From Eledone cirrhosa (taxonomy: Eukaryota): a stretch of DNA of 64,000 bases. The notes beneath the pieces are model-generated. The model was not told the origin of the DNA, ran no database searches, and saw only the letters and a program-made list of their open reading frames with translations. The stretch spans positions 39,494,001 through 39,558,000 of the forward strand of contig OZ024743.1 of assembly GCA_964016885.1 (NCBI GenBank), read 5' to 3'. Position 1 is the first letter of the stretch, and each line of letters begins with the position of its first letter. Below are positions 26,524-40,669 of the stretch, piece by piece. The translations under genes were made by a program, and so were the position numbers.

Positions 26524-27920
26524 CAATATATAATTATACAATAACAATAGTAGGTTTTATAATATTTTATAACATTTACAGAAAAACTTTATATTCCGTA
26601 TATGTGTTACACACTGCACATATTTCATAAAACCAATTTCATCCTTTATCAATAAATCTAGACCTCCTGATTCTTGTCAGAAGCTGCGCTAAATCTATCT
26701 GTTTGTGATATTCAACCGTAACATACATGAATCGAATTGTAGGTGTGCAGCATCCTTTTCTGTAACACGATGTCCAGTGTTGTAAAGATTCTACCAAGCA
26801 CTACAATTTAGATGCACCTATACATGACGGCGTATCATCAATCAAACTCTATCAATGAAAATGCTCAAGAAACAAATGCGGCGAACATGTCTAGAAGGAT
26901 TGAAAATGTATATGCTAAACTACACAACCATTATCGGAGACTACGTTAGACGGAACAAAAAATATATTGTTGCATTTATTTCGGTGGCTCTCTACACGCT
27001 CCATTCAACGCACACTTCTGCTGTCAATGAATTCTAATACCGATGAGATGTAATCTAGTAACAATGACATGTAATCGACTTTTGTTTTCTCAAAACAAGA
27101 GGCTTTATAGCCATTAAAGTTAACCTTACATTTCATCATTAGTTGTTTGATAAATAAAGGAAACCACACGCAGACTATTAGTGATATTTAAGTACAATGA
27201 ATGAGCGGCTTTGAAGTATTTGTTGAGGGGATTTTTACTCTGAGTTACACTCTTTCTGTGGCTTAATTGATTCAGAAATATTATTGTCTGGTTTAAAGTC
27301 GTTACTGTGTACTTGTGTATATTTATTGCAATACGCTTCTTTGCCAACGTTTAGACAAGGTCACATTTCTTTAAGGCTATTCTTGCCCGACGAACGTGTA
27401 AAATATAGCCCACAATAATGTATGGCTGTATTCTTTGTCTGTTGATAATTATCTTTTAACTGCGTAATTTCCCTTAGACATTTGCTATGTGTAATGTTAT
27501 GATTAAAATGTAGGCATATTAATGTTATAAATAATAAAGGATATTTGAATTATTAACATTCTTATAGGCATTAACGATATAAATTTATGTCCATAAAATT
27601 GACATTTATAGGAAAATGCATGGGCTCAGCTGCGATACCGAAAATTAACAATGAACAAAGTGAAATATATAACAGAAAATGTCTCCAAGTATAATAAGAT
27701 CAAACTGAGAGCTGCATAACAGGTGAGAAATATGGAGAAAAGGATTAAAATAGGACACAATCATATATAATATAAGGGTATATAATGCAATTTGACGTTT
27801 CTTTAGATTTAGACATGGTATTGGTTTACAATGGTGTTTACATGGAAAATCTCTTAAAATATTTTTGTCAGAATTGAAGAACGAAAAAAACATAATTATT
27901 GGTAACAAAGCCGAGATAAA

Positions 27921-27956
27921 CCCACACATACACACACACACACACATACACACACA

Positions 27957-28039
<83 letters not shown>

Positions 28040-28088
28040 CTGTGTGTGTTTGTGTATATATATATGTATATATATATATATACATATA

Positions 28089-28161
<73 letters not shown>
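27921..28161. repeat. (CA)n/(TA)n compound microsatellite
   Basis: Read directly. Many further (TA)n tracts occur, e.g. 29351-29560, 30847-30938, 41362-41470, 44000-44100, 45316-45401 and 51256-51459. Confidence 0.97.
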
Positions 28162-28163
<2 letters not shown>

Positions 28164-28409
28164 GGTGTGCTTCTTGAAAGAATACATTATCATAGAAAAA
28201 GAAATATAAAGCATAGATATGATTAAAGAAACCACATCTTAGAGATGCTATTGAACACAAGGTATGACATTGATAGAGCTACTGATTTCCCATGTGTCTC
28301 TTACATTGACTACATACACTTTGTTCAATGAATGAATGAAGGAAAATAGGTAACCTCTCAAATGGAAACAACTACATATGAAATTACGTGTCAATCTAAA
28401 ATCAATCTT

Positions 28410-28410
<1 letters not shown>

Positions 28411-28470
<60 letters not shown>
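28411..28470 (+). repeat. (ACT)20 microsatellite
   Basis: Read directly. Confidence 0.97.
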
Positions 28471-28590
28471 GCATTCGGTGAGACGAAAGGATTTGTGAAG
28501 CGAAGCCGTCCACAGCATTGTAATTTTCGTAGAACTTTTACGAAATTACCGATTCCTAAATTCAAACATTTCACACTTAAACACACCACA

Positions 28591-28672
<82 letters not shown>

Positions 28673-28868
28673 CAAGGTCCCCGAAAAAGATGTATATACA
28701 GTTTTATTAGAATTCTGTTGAAGTATGTATACATTTAATATACGCATGTGCGTGTATATATATATATATACATGTGGGGAGCTTAGTAAAATCGAAGCTT
28801 TGGCTGTGGGCAAGCAAAGTCGACCTACAATATGAATGAGTTAGCAAAGCACTCGATAAGGGTAGGTC

Positions 28869-28933
<65 letters not shown>

Positions 28934-28934
28934 A

Positions 28935-29348
28935 AGAATTCATATCTATTAACATATATATACATTTTGTCGAGCAATACTGGCCATGACTGCTGCTACG
29001 GTAGTAGGCTGGCCGCTGTCTTATTAACAACCCACTTTCCACTGATTGACCTCGATGTCACGTGTTTGATTCTTTTTGAATTTGCCACGGACACAGAGGC
29101 AGTGATTTTCTCAATGGCTAGTAATTCAGTCCACACTTTGCTATTTCCTATTCACTGATTTATTTTTTTAAAAAAGCTTCCAGAGTCCTCGCTTTCCCTG
29201 GAGACTTATATGAGAATAGACTTTCCTGATGACGGGATGATTCTTACACCTTCTTCGGAAGATGTATTTACTCCATTCCAGAAACTAATTAGTTGGAAGT
29301 GATATTTTAGTAAGTAAGTTAATTTTATAATTTTCTTATTTTACGTCT

Positions 29349-29350
<2 letters not shown>
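28935..29350 (+). mobile_element. Penelope-like pseudo-LTR fragment between (TA)n tracts
   Basis: Homologous to 44951-45200. Carries a hammerhead motif followed by GTAAGT. Confidence 0.65.
29220..29300 (+). ncRNA. Type I hammerhead-like ribozyme with extended UUCG-capped stem II
   Basis: ACUUUC-CUGAUGA-[C GGGAUG..CUUC UUCG GAAG..CAUUCC A]-GAAAC-UAAUUA-GUU-GGAAGU. Confidence 0.75.
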
Positions 29351-29435
<85 letters not shown>

Positions 29436-29459
29436 ATATTTATATATATATACTGTATA

Positions 29460-29530
<71 letters not shown>

Positions 29531-29554
29531 ATATTTATATATATATACTGTATA

Positions 29555-30170
29555 TCTATATATATAAAGTTGTAGTTCATGTTTGTTTGTTTGTTCACGA
29601 ACTCCCCTGTGGTTTTGGAGATAGACACTCATAACCATATATATTCTGAAACTACATGCCCAGCGTACTTGGATAAGTATATTTAATTTTAATCAAATGG
29701 TTTCCCTGGACACACACACCCGTTGAATATTTGTTCCCTTCGATTTATATAAATTAAAATCAAAATATGATGGATATTCACAAAGTTTCTGCAAATTTCA
29801 GTAATATTAAGTCACCCTAATGGGGGTTAGACTCCCTATAGTGAAAATGTTGGCCAGTAAATGGAACAAGATGTGTTGTAACAAGATTGCATGAGAACCT
29901 GATTGAAACAAACATTCATTTCGGGGCTTAAAAAGTCAATCCATTCTCATTCCGAGGATTCCACTTATACTAAGTTATAGCAAGTTGCCTGTTACATTTA
30001 AGAGGCTGCAGTTCCCAGTGAGGTCATGCTTTGCCTTGAGCCTTAATAAGTTTCAAAGTGAAACTTTCAAAACTCTTGAGATATGACAAACCCAAGTTTC
30101 AGTCATGGCATGTTTTATGTGGCTGTTTCAATGACTGGAACTTCAAATAATCTCTACATTTTAACCAATC
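29555..30170 (+). mobile_element. Deleted Helitron (5' end plus Pif1-like helicase C-terminal remnant)
   Basis: Starts TCTATATATATAAAG. Reads NGTRCVVTRLHENLIE, FKRLQFPVRSCFA..NKFQ and FSHGMFYVAVS (helicase motifs V/VI). Confidence 0.82.
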
Positions 30171-30171
30171 G

Positions 30172-30362
30172 ATTGTTTCTACTTTTTGTCACAAGGCCAG
30201 CAATTACCCAGTGTATTACTGGTACTTTATTTTATCGAACCCGTAAGGATGAAAGCAAAGTTAACCTCGGCGGGATTGGAACTCACATCATAAAGGGCCG
30301 TAACTCCTTGCGTCATAGCATGGCATCCGACCCTCTACCGATACTGCTAATCCACAATCCAC
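30172..30362 (-). mobile_element. tRNA-derived SINE
   Basis: Same consensus as the other SINE copies. Confidence 0.9.
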
Positions 30363-30842
30363 CACCTCTCTCGTTTACTAATGCCTGTACGTTTGATGCT
30401 TCTACGTTCCACCTACTTCCATATTTAAAATATATCACCTTCAATTCTCTGTGACATTTAGGGTCTCGTGTCTTCAATTGAAACATTAGAATCAATATTT
30501 CTTAGATTAACTTCTTTTACTTAGATATCTTACTTAGATATCTCATGTTGAAAAGAGAACTAGACAATGATACTGGTACGTTCGAAACCATGTTGTATGA
30601 TAGATGAGATAATTTTATAACGATGTATTATACCACATGTCAAAAATCAAATCAAACTATTACTGTGCGAAATACGAATTGAAAACCACAGATAAAACAC
30701 CGTGTTGACTTAAATGTTTCAGAAAAAACTAAAAATGTGTTCATGTCTTCCGCCTGAATTGCGTAGGTTTTTATTTCCTACCACAGAAAACATCGGATAT
30801 TACACGTGCTGAGCGGGAAGTAGATGATCGATTGCCGGAGAG

Positions 30843-30924
<82 letters not shown>

Positions 30925-33103
30925 TATATATATATATACAGGGCTGGTTAAATGAATATATGTATATACACTCATATATCAATATGAATGTCTATGTGTG
31001 TGTATACAAAATTATCTATAGAGGAGCAGAAAACTGAATAATCGATAGTGAGATAGAACGTGATAAAATATTTGTTAAAGCTGAAGCAATCAATCGGGTA
31101 AATCCTCGTTCACAAACACGGTATTTTAATATTTTGGAGTTTAATAATTTTGAGCTGATATTAAATACCAATTCGTTAAATGTGTCGGATATTAGAGGGA
31201 ACAAATTAATTTTAATCATATTTCAACTAATTTAAATTCCTTCACCGCACAAGCATGTTACTGTGTCAATCTCAGTAATTGTTGTACAACGGAAACTGTC
31301 TCGATAGTGTTCTAGTATAGAGCATCAAGGTTCAATTGATAGTGCTTATCAATCAATGTCCGACATCGTAACGATGGGAATTGATGTTAACATCTACTAC
31401 ATCTTTGCATCCTATCCTGTTTAAAATCAGTATAATACAAATCTTCATTGTCAACTTTATTACACAATCCCAAAATAACGTTTTCTTTAAATTTATATCA
31501 AATATCCTTAAATATCTATTTATGTAGAACGACGCATATTCTAATATAAAATATTACTATTACTAATATACAATATATCCAATATATTATTTTAAATCCG
31601 AAGGAAGATTTTTCCCATCCATTTACTTCTCACATATTTACATATTATCTCATTCTTTCTCACATGATTTTCATATTTTATTTTATTACTTGATAGTCCT
31701 TGTGTTTTGATTCGCTATCTATAAATAATATTTTTTAGTTTATGTCCAAGGACAGCAAATAATTTCGTATCAAGAGGGAAATCCATTAATTGACAGGTAT
31801 TTTAATTCATCGACGGCAGAATGTTGAGACTTCACCGAGATTTACCCACATGACGAAAACGTTCCGAACTAAATGCCGCAAAATATTTTGTCCTCAGATA
31901 TAAAGGTTCTGATATTCCACATCCGTTCACTTTCTGTAAATAATGATCGCGATTACTCTGTATCGTCTAACGTTTGTTTTTCTTTTGCACATCATGTAAT
32001 ATTGTTATTTATTTCATCATTCTGACTTTATTTCTCAATATGTGTGTCATTATGTTGTAAAGTAACCCTTATAATTTATATGTTTGCGAATGAATATTAT
32101 TTTCATGCATTACAAATTAACTATATAGCCTCTGTCTCTCTTTTAATTACACTCGTTCACTTTCTGTCTATCTCCCTCATAATTTCAGATTCCGCCTTCT
32201 TACATATTTACTTAACAATAATTATTTTCCCTACTATTGATAATATTTTGATATTTTTACAGTATACAAATCCGAATGACTATCGCGTGCTATAATGGTG
32301 GCGGTAGCGAAACATAAAACATAAAACTTAGAAATCTTACTTTGAGAAACCAGAAAATTTAATGGTGAATTATATATACATATATATCCAAATTGTTGCT
32401 GGATAGAAAAGAGAAAGTAGTTGACATAGAAAAGGAAAGATTTAAGTTGTATACAGTAGACACATGTAAATCCAGTGGGGTTGTCAAGAAAGCGAACGTA
32501 TATTTCAGTGATGGGCTAGTCGGTGAACAATAAATTTCCCTCTTAAATCTTAATAAAACCTGTAGAAGGTTATTTCTATATGTCAGGGATTTCATCAGGG
32601 TAAAGTATAATTTAAAGAATGCATTTTAAAACATAATTAGTATTCAGATTGTTAATTATCCATGTTTACACCGTTAATAGTTATACACCTTGTATTGTAG
32701 CTATGAAGGCAAACAAATAGTATTTTCAACTGATTTACATTTATAGTTTCAAATACATCACTTATGCTAACTTGAGAGTGTTCTATATAGCGAAGTTTAG
32801 TTGAATAAAGAGTAGTCTTTAAATATTCGTATAAAATGAAAACGAAATATTTAATTTCTTTTAAATTAGTAAACGGTTATAATAAAATATTTACCATATA
32901 AAATATAAATTGATTCTGTAATATTTATGCTATGATAAAGGGAAAATGATAGTATGTTATGTTACAATGGTATACAAATGGTATAATATATTTTGTATTA
33001 ATAATACATTATGTTAATCTTCATGTGGAATAATTATCTCTTTTTGTAAAACTAAACATTGCTGAAAACTAAACATGCAATGACAGTGACTATTAATTAA
33101 TAA

Positions 33104-33285
33104 AGGGCGGTATCAGTAGAGGGTCGGACGTCATGCTTTGTAGCATAGAGTTACGGCCCTTTACGATCTGAGTTCATATCTCGCCGAAGTTAACTTTGCT
33201 TTTTATCATTTCGGGATCGATAACATAAAGTACCAGTAATGTACGGTGATATTTGCTGGCCTTGTGCCAAAAGTAGAAACAATTA
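33104..33285 (+). mobile_element. tRNA-derived SINE
   Basis: CTGAGTTCATATCTCGCCGAAG...GCTGGCCTTGTGCCAAAAGTAGAAAC. Confidence 0.9.
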
Positions 33286-33641
33286 ATACATGTTACTATT
33301 TCACAATTAAAGACACACACACACATACTAAACCAAACAACAAACAGAAACCGCACTCTATATATATTAATATATAGATATTCATTATATATACGTTATG
33401 CAATTTTTTTTGTTAAATTTAAATATGTTTATGACTTTGGTTCTATATACGATTGAATTAATATATAAAGAACATTTAAAAGTTTGATACATCTATATAA
33501 TCGTCAGCAATCAAAGTCGTGGTCGGCATAGATGAATTATACTTCTAAACAGATTTTACACATAAATACTATCATAAACACATAGATACTATGATATACC
33601 TTATAAATATTTTAAAAAGTTTCAATTCTATGAGGTTCATA

Positions 33642-33681
<40 letters not shown>

Positions 33682-33759
33682 TTTCTTTCTTGCTCTCTCT
33701 CTCTCTGTATATGTATAAATATATATATATATATATGAAAACGTGTTTTGAAACATATA

Positions 33760-34862
33760 TTGTTATACTTTGGGAGGGTCATGCTGCCAATAAAAACACA
33801 AGCACCTGTTGGTTTTCACTTCAATTAATTATTTTAAGTTTCAGGTTGGCTGGTTGGTTGGTTGTTTCGATAACCAGAATGTTGTTTATATATTGTTAAA
33901 GCTCTTTCGTCGTGGATGGTGTGATGTCATCAGTGATTACGTTTTTATTTTATGTCTCTCTTTTCTTCTGTCCTGCACCATCGTGTTGTCGTGTGTTGTG
34001 TGCTTTGTTTTCACTTGCGTTACATCCGGGTGAGTGTGTGTTTATATATTTATGTTTATTTCCTTGTCAGTTGATGGTTGTTTGTTCTATCTGTGTGCCT
34101 GTCTGATTTGTTTTGTTAGTTTGGTTTGTGTGTATATCCGTATGTCTTCATTTTGTCGTTAATTACTAGTTATGATGTTGCTATTCTACTCATGTTTTAT
34201 GTTTAATTTTGGTTGGAGTTCGTTTATGTTTGTCGCCTCTGTGGTGTCTGAGCATTGCATCTTTTATGTGTGTGGATATAATTTATATCTGTATGTTCTG
34301 TAAAGTACCCCTATGTTCTATTTTGGCATGTAGGCGGAGTACAGATGAGTGTTTCCCACCATGGAGTTCTCGCCAGTGTTAAATTTACCTTCCACCTATC
34401 CTACGGACTGTTTTAAAAAAAGAATATAACATACTGTTTTACGGTAGTTTCATTCTTTTTCCTACACTGTCCCTCAGTACGTATTATGCTATATTCTACG
34501 TTCCAAGGTTTGCAGTTACATTGCGGGCTTTGCTTGCAGATTATGCATTTCCTATCAGCACGGGTTTAAATAAATAAATAAATAAATAAATAACCTCATA
34601 CACACCCGTATGTAACGCATGCGCAAACAAAGCACACACCACACAAAAACAGGATGGTGTAGGATAGCATAAAGGAGGGACACACAATAAAAACCTAGTG
34701 AGTGAGGAGTTCACAGGATGTGTGACGAAAGAGCTTTCACAATATATAAACAACATTCCGGTTATCGAACCAACCAACCGACAGGAAACGTATAATACAT
34801 TGAAGTGAAAACAGCAGGTGGGTAGGTTTTTGTTGGCAGCATGACCGTCCCAAAGTATAATA
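33760..34862. mobile_element. Inverted pair of Penelope-like pseudo-LTRs with degenerate hammerheads
   Basis: 33760-34055 is the diverged reverse complement of 34575-34862 (TTATACTTTGGGA.GGTCATGCTGCCAA terminus). A third copy lies at 51852-52070. Confidence 0.7.
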
Positions 34863-34914
34863 ATAATAATAATATTTATATATAATAATATTTATATATA
34901 TATATGAGGAGAAT

Positions 34915-37697
34915 AATATGGAAGTTAAAGGACCCCCACAGCTAGTAACAAATTTAAAAGCATATTATTTGATGTGTTTGACAGTAAGGAATAGCAATTA
35001 GAGACGTACAATATAGACGAACTGTGGGAATTCCTGAATATTAACCTTCTGAAGGCGACAGATGAAATGTGTTGCTAGACAAGACCTATAAGCAGGAGGA
35101 GAGCAACGTGGTGGTGGAACGGTAAGGTGGATGAGTCAATCAAGGCAAAAAAGCAGGCTTGGAAAGTATTGGAGGAAGAAGAGAACAGCATCAAGTGGCC
35201 AGGAGGGAAGCTAGGAGACAGGTGTAATTTGCTTGAAGGGAAGCAGAGGAAAGAAAGTTCAAGCATGTTCTACAACGCGAGGACCAGAATCTTGAGGTGT
35301 TCAAGATTGCTACGCAATGTGTCATGGAAAACCGTGATATTGTCGTGGAGAAGTGTGTCCGTAATGATGATGGTTTTCTTGCCATCACTGATGCTGGTAA
35401 GAAGGTATCTTGGAAGTGTCACTACGTGAGGCTAATAAATGAGGAGAATAAATGGGAAAACGGTTGTCTGCCCCACATCTTTCCAATCGAGGCACCAGCA
35501 GTTCAAGTTGAAGATAGATGTTTCTACTTTAGGCACAAGACCAGCAATTACCCAGTTCATTAGTGGTACTTTATTTTATCGACCCCGTAAGGATGAAAGG
35601 CAAAGTCAACCTCGGCGGGATTTGAACTCAGATCGTAAAGGGACGTAAGTCTATGCTTCAAAGCATGGCGCCCGACCCTCTACCGATACTGCCAATCCAC
35701 CGCCCTTCAAGATAGTGCAATTTGAAGATAGTATAAGTAAGTAAGGCAATCAAAGATATGAAGACAGGCAAGGTAGCTGGGCCTTCGGAGATAGTTGAAA
35801 TGCTGAAGGCATCTGGAACGGTGGGACACACTCTGGTTACCCGGATAGGTAACCAAGTCATACAAAACGGGGTCATACCAAATGACTGGCGTAGCCGCAG
35901 CATCATTTACGGCTACAAGTGTAAAGGAGATACCCTAGATAGGGGAGACTATAGAGGCATTTAATTAAGTGACAATGTCATGAAAGTCACAGAAGTTATA
36001 GCGCAACTAATCAGAGAGCGAACTGATCTAGATGAAATGCAGTTTGGGTTTGTGTCATGTAAAAGTACCACAGACGTCCATTTCCTTGTACTACAACTAC
36101 AGGAGAAGTGACTAGCTAAAGGTAAATGCCTATACTTAGCTTTCGTTGACTTGGAGAAAGCATTTGACACAGTCCCCCGCCCCATTATCTGGTGGACCTT
36201 TAGGAAACTATGGGTTGATGAATGGCTTGTGAGAGCTATACAAGCCATGTATAAAGAAACAGTCAGCAAGGTTGGAATTAACAACGAATATAGTGAAGAA
36301 TTTAGCGTAAACGTTGGTGTTCATCGGGGCTCAGTCCTTAGCCCCCACCTATTTATTATTGCCCTTCAGGCGAGTTCAATACCGGAGTTCAATACCGGAT
36401 TCCCATGGGAACCTCTATATGCAGATGATCTAACGCTCATAGCTGAATTGATGGCTGAACTAGAGAAGAAATCCAAAACATGGAAGCATGGCTTAGGATC
36501 AAAAGGCCTTAAAGTTAACTTGTCTATGACTAAATTTCTAGTATGTAGGAAGGAAAATAGGGCTCAGGTCCCCTCTGGGAAATAACTATGCTCCGTGTGT
36601 AGGAAAGGAGTAGGCAGACATTCCATTTTATGTCCCAGATTCAAAGTATGGATGCATAAAAGATGTAGTGGGATCACAGGTAAGCTACCTAAGAAGGAAG
36701 ATGTATATGTGGCTGGTGCTCAGGTGCAATGAGTAGCAAGTGCCCACAGGATACTAGATCTTTCTATTGACCAGATGGCTCTATAGAAGTAGTGGACACC
36801 TTCCGTTTCCTGGGTGACAAAATCAGCAATGGTGGAGGGTGCTCCGAAAGTACAATAGACAGCGTCAGACGGAATGAAAAAGGTTCAGAGAGATTATATC
36901 TCTATTGGCCACTAATGGTTTCTCTCTAAAAATGAAAGGCAGACTGTATGATGCCTGCATACAAACAGCAGTGTTACATGTCAGTGAGACATGGGCATTG
37001 TGTGCAGAGAATTTGCGCAGATGAGCGAGGAACGAAGCATGCATGCTCTGTTGGATGTGTAATAGTAATATACGCGAACAGCAAAGCATAAATAAACTAT
37101 GTGAGAAATTAGGTATAAGAGGGATCAGATGCTGTTTACTCGAGAGAAGACTACGTTGGTATGGTCACGTAATGCGTATGAAAGACGACAGCTCTATAAA
37201 AAATGTACAGGGCGATCAAAACTGATGGAAGTACGGAGTAGGCAGACCCAGAAAAACCTGGGAGGATTTGATAAATTCCGACCTTACACACTTACACCTC
37301 TCTAAGATAATGTCACTGGACCGAGATCTTTGGCGCTACGCAGCAATACAGAAGACACGCATTGCCAAAGTACAAAGCGAAACCTAGTCAGTAAGCACCT
37401 CTTAATCAAATATACACCCCCGTCCCACTACCCCAACCCCAACCCCACCCATCAACATCACCAATTTCTCTGTAATGTTATGTTGGTACCACAAGATCCA
37501 GTCCATAATGTAAACGCGGTTGGCGTTAGGAAGGGCATCCAGGCGTAGAAAACCTGCCAGACAGTCCTATACGAGTGAGACGACCAGTCCTGCCTTAAGT
37601 GGGACAATTCTCGTCTAAACCCGTGCTAGCGTAGAAGATAGCCGTTAAAAGATGGTGATGATGATGATGATGATAATGATGATGATGATGATGATGA
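34915..37697 (+). mobile_element. 5'-truncated, decayed RTE-clade LINE with (GAT)n tail
   Basis: Contains KTGKVAGP, YRGI, QFGF, FVDLEKAFD.VPR, GVHRGSVLSP, LYADDL and RRLRWYGHVMR. The 3'UTR carries GTTGGCGTTAGGAAGGGCATCC and ends in (GAT)n. Confidence 0.9.
35519..35706 (-). mobile_element. SINE inserted into the RTE element, with a probable AAGATAG target-site duplication
   Basis: Full SINE consensus. AAGATAG occurs at 35511-35517 and again at 35709-35715. Confidence 0.9.
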
Positions 37698-37719
37698 TAT
37701 ATATATATATGAATGTATA

Positions 37720-37763
<44 letters not shown>

Positions 37764-37832
37764 AAAAAGAGATGAAATCGAAAATGCAACTGGAGTCTTA
37801 TTTTTTTTAAAAATATATATATTTATTTGGTT

Positions 37833-37870
37833 CCTTTACCGGTTTCGCAATTCTTCTGCTTTTCAAAAGG
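37833..37870 (-). ncRNA. Minimal type I hammerhead, U3-A8 variant
   Basis: CCUU-UUGAAAA-GCAG aagaa UUGC-GAAAC-CG-GUA-AAGG. Confidence 0.72.
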
Positions 37871-38728
37871 TGAGTTAAGATGGAGGGTCTGTGGTTTTTC
37901 TCACATCTGGTTGGTCTCTGAATGTTACTTGTTTTATATGGAAAAAGTGGCTCGAAATGCCAGGTTTTTCGAGAAGTAATTTGATTGGTTTGTCAATAAT
38001 TATAATAAATTTCGCGCCAGTTCGCGTTACAATAGTTCTTCAAATAAGAGGGGGGGGGGTTGTCACAGGTTGTTTTTTCATATATGAGTGTTTGAATTTC
38101 TTTTTACTTGAAAAAAGGAGGCTCACGAAGGCTTTTTTGGGGTTGGTTATAAATGAAATTATGGCTGTCACGTGAACAAATGTTCATTAAATTTTTGTGC
38201 ACTTATTTGGAAATCCATTCTGTAGCCTTTTTAGAGAATTTTTTGATAAATGAAAGATAATGGTCAAGAGAAAGGGATGAGAGAATTGTTCTGGTTCAGT
38301 GAATATGGTTAGTTCGCTGGGGTGTCAGAATTCAGATTTTCTATTGAATAAAGAATGTAAAGATATGTGTTTATTTGTGTGCTTGTGTGTGTGTGTGCGT
38401 GTGTGTGTGTGTGTGTGTGTTTGAATTTCTTTACTTTAAAAAAAGGTGGCTCACGAAGGCTTTTTTATAATAAACGTGATTTGATTGGTGATAAATGAAA
38501 TTTGGCTGTCACGTGAACAAGTTTTCATTACATTTTTGCGCCCTTATTTGGAAAACTATTCTGTAGTCTTTATAGCGAATGTTATGACAATGGAAAGATA
38601 GTGGTCAAGAGAAATGGGATTGGGAGAATTGTTCTGGTTCATTGAATATGGTTAGTTCGCTGGGGTGTCAGAATTCAGATTTTCTATTGAATAAAGAAAG
38701 TAAAGATATGTGTGTTTATTTGTGTGCT

Positions 38729-38761
<33 letters not shown>

Positions 38762-39086
38762 GTTTGAATTTATTTAATTTAAAAAAAGGTGGCTCACGAA
38801 GGATTTTTTTTAATAAACGTGATTTGATTGGTTATAAATGAAATTTGGCTGTCACGTGAACAAGTTTTCATTACATTTTTGCACCCTTATTTGGAAAACT
38901 ATTCTGTAGTCTTTATAGCGAATGTTATGACAATGGAAAGATAGTGGTCAAGAGAAATGGGATTGGGAGAATTGTTCTGGTTCAGTGAATATGGTTAGTT
39001 CGCTGGGGTGTCAGAGTTCAGATTTTCTATTGAAATGAAGATATGTATGTTTATGTGTGTGCTTGTGTGTGTGTATGTGTGTATGT

Positions 39087-39136
<50 letters not shown>

Positions 39137-39607
39137 TGGAAGATGATTCTATTAGTAGAAATGTGGGAGGGAGTTGTGTGTGTATATGGGTGTTATGTGT
39201 GTGTGTGCGAGTATGTTAAGATGGAGAGAATATTTATTTTGTGTGTGTGTATATATATGTGTGTAGGAAAGTGGTTCTATTAGTAGAAATGGGGAGGGAG
39301 TTGTGGATGTGGGGGTTGTTATGTGTGTGTATGGGTGTTATGTGTGCGGGAGTATGGTTAGCATGTTGAGATGAAGAGAATATATATATATATATATTGT
39401 GTGTGTGTGTATGTGTGTGTGTAGGAAAGTGATTCCTTTAGCAGGAATATTTTTGAATGAACATATTTTCCTTACTTATTCGTGTTTGCTGTTTTATTGT
39501 CAGTGCAAACGTATGTTAAGGTTTATTTAGTTCGGGTTTTTATTTTCTAAAGTAGAAAGTGTTATGTGTTTTGTGTATGTCATATTATGGTGTTGACATA
39601 ATGTATA

Positions 39608-40075
39608 TTAAACCATATTTAATGTTGGTCTATATTTTCGAATAAACATATTTTCGTTATTTATTCGCATTTGTTCTGTTGTATTGTTAGCGCAAAGATA
39701 AAATGGGAAGATTTGGAATTTGGGTGTCTTATTACTTGCGCAAATGTCTAGATGTGCACTTAGTGGTATCTGTCTCGTGGTTCGATCTCGGAATTGTTGG
39801 CGATGAACTGTCATTCTGTTTCTGAGTGTGAGTTTAGTTTGTCCTATATAATCTTCATTGCATCCTTTACATTTAATGGCATAAAGTAGATTTTTTGATG
39901 AGCAAGTGAAGTGATTTTTTACAGTAAAATTTTGTCCTGATTTAAATGTATACGTGTTGCCTTCAATGAGGTGAGTGCAGGTTCCACAATTAGAGCGACC
40001 ACATTTTTTGATGCTTGGTTGTGGGTTTGTGATAGGTAATTTGGCATTGGTGAGTAATGTTTTCAGTGATTTTGG
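39608..40075 (-). CDS. GIY-YIG endonuclease domain of a Penelope-like element (5'-truncated)
   Basis: Reads CGRSNCGTC...FTCSSKNLLYAIKCKGCNEDYIGQT..LRNRMTVHRQ...ENMFIRKYRPTLN. Confidence 0.88.
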   Translation of the reverse strand, partial: PKSLKTLLTNAKLPITNPQPSIKKCGRSNCGTCTHLIEGNTYTFKSGQNFTVKNHFTCSSKNLLYAIKCKGCNEDYIGQTKLTLRNRMTVHRQQFRDRTTRQIPLSAHLDICASNKTPKFQIFPFYLCANNTTEQMRINNENMFIRKYRPTLNMV

Positions 40076-40238
40076 TTGTCTTTTGCTTTACACACATATA
40101 TATACACACACACAAAATATATATTCTCTCCATCTTAACATACTCGCACACACACACATAACACCCATATACACACACACACAACTCCCTCCCACATTTC
40201 TACTAATAGAATCATCTTCCAATACACACACACACACA

Positions 40239-40280
<42 letters not shown>

Positions 40281-40566
40281 AACATACATATCTTCATTTC
40301 AATAGAAAATCTGAACTCTGACACCCCAGCGAACTAACCATATTCACTGAACCAGAACAATTCTCCCAATCCCATTTCTCTTGACCACTATCTTTCCATT
40401 GTCATAACATTCGCTATAAAGACTACAGAATAGTTTTCCAAATAAGGGCACAAAAATGTAATGAAAACTTGTTCACGTGACAGCCAAATTTCATTTACAA
40501 CCAATCAAATCACGTTTATTAAAAAAAAATCCTTCGTGAGCCACGTTTTTTTAAAGTAAAGTAATT

Positions 40567-40669
<103 letters not shown>

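Noticed and set aside
27645-28813. Long ORFs of YI/CV/HT/poly-T or poly-V repeats (also 42780-43234, 51128-51691 and others)
   Set aside because: These are translations of stop-free microsatellites, not genes.
28820-28869. GACCTAC...GTAGGTC stem enclosing ATGAATGA...GATA
   Set aside because: Both core strands deviate from the hammerhead consensus and there is no second copy to support it.
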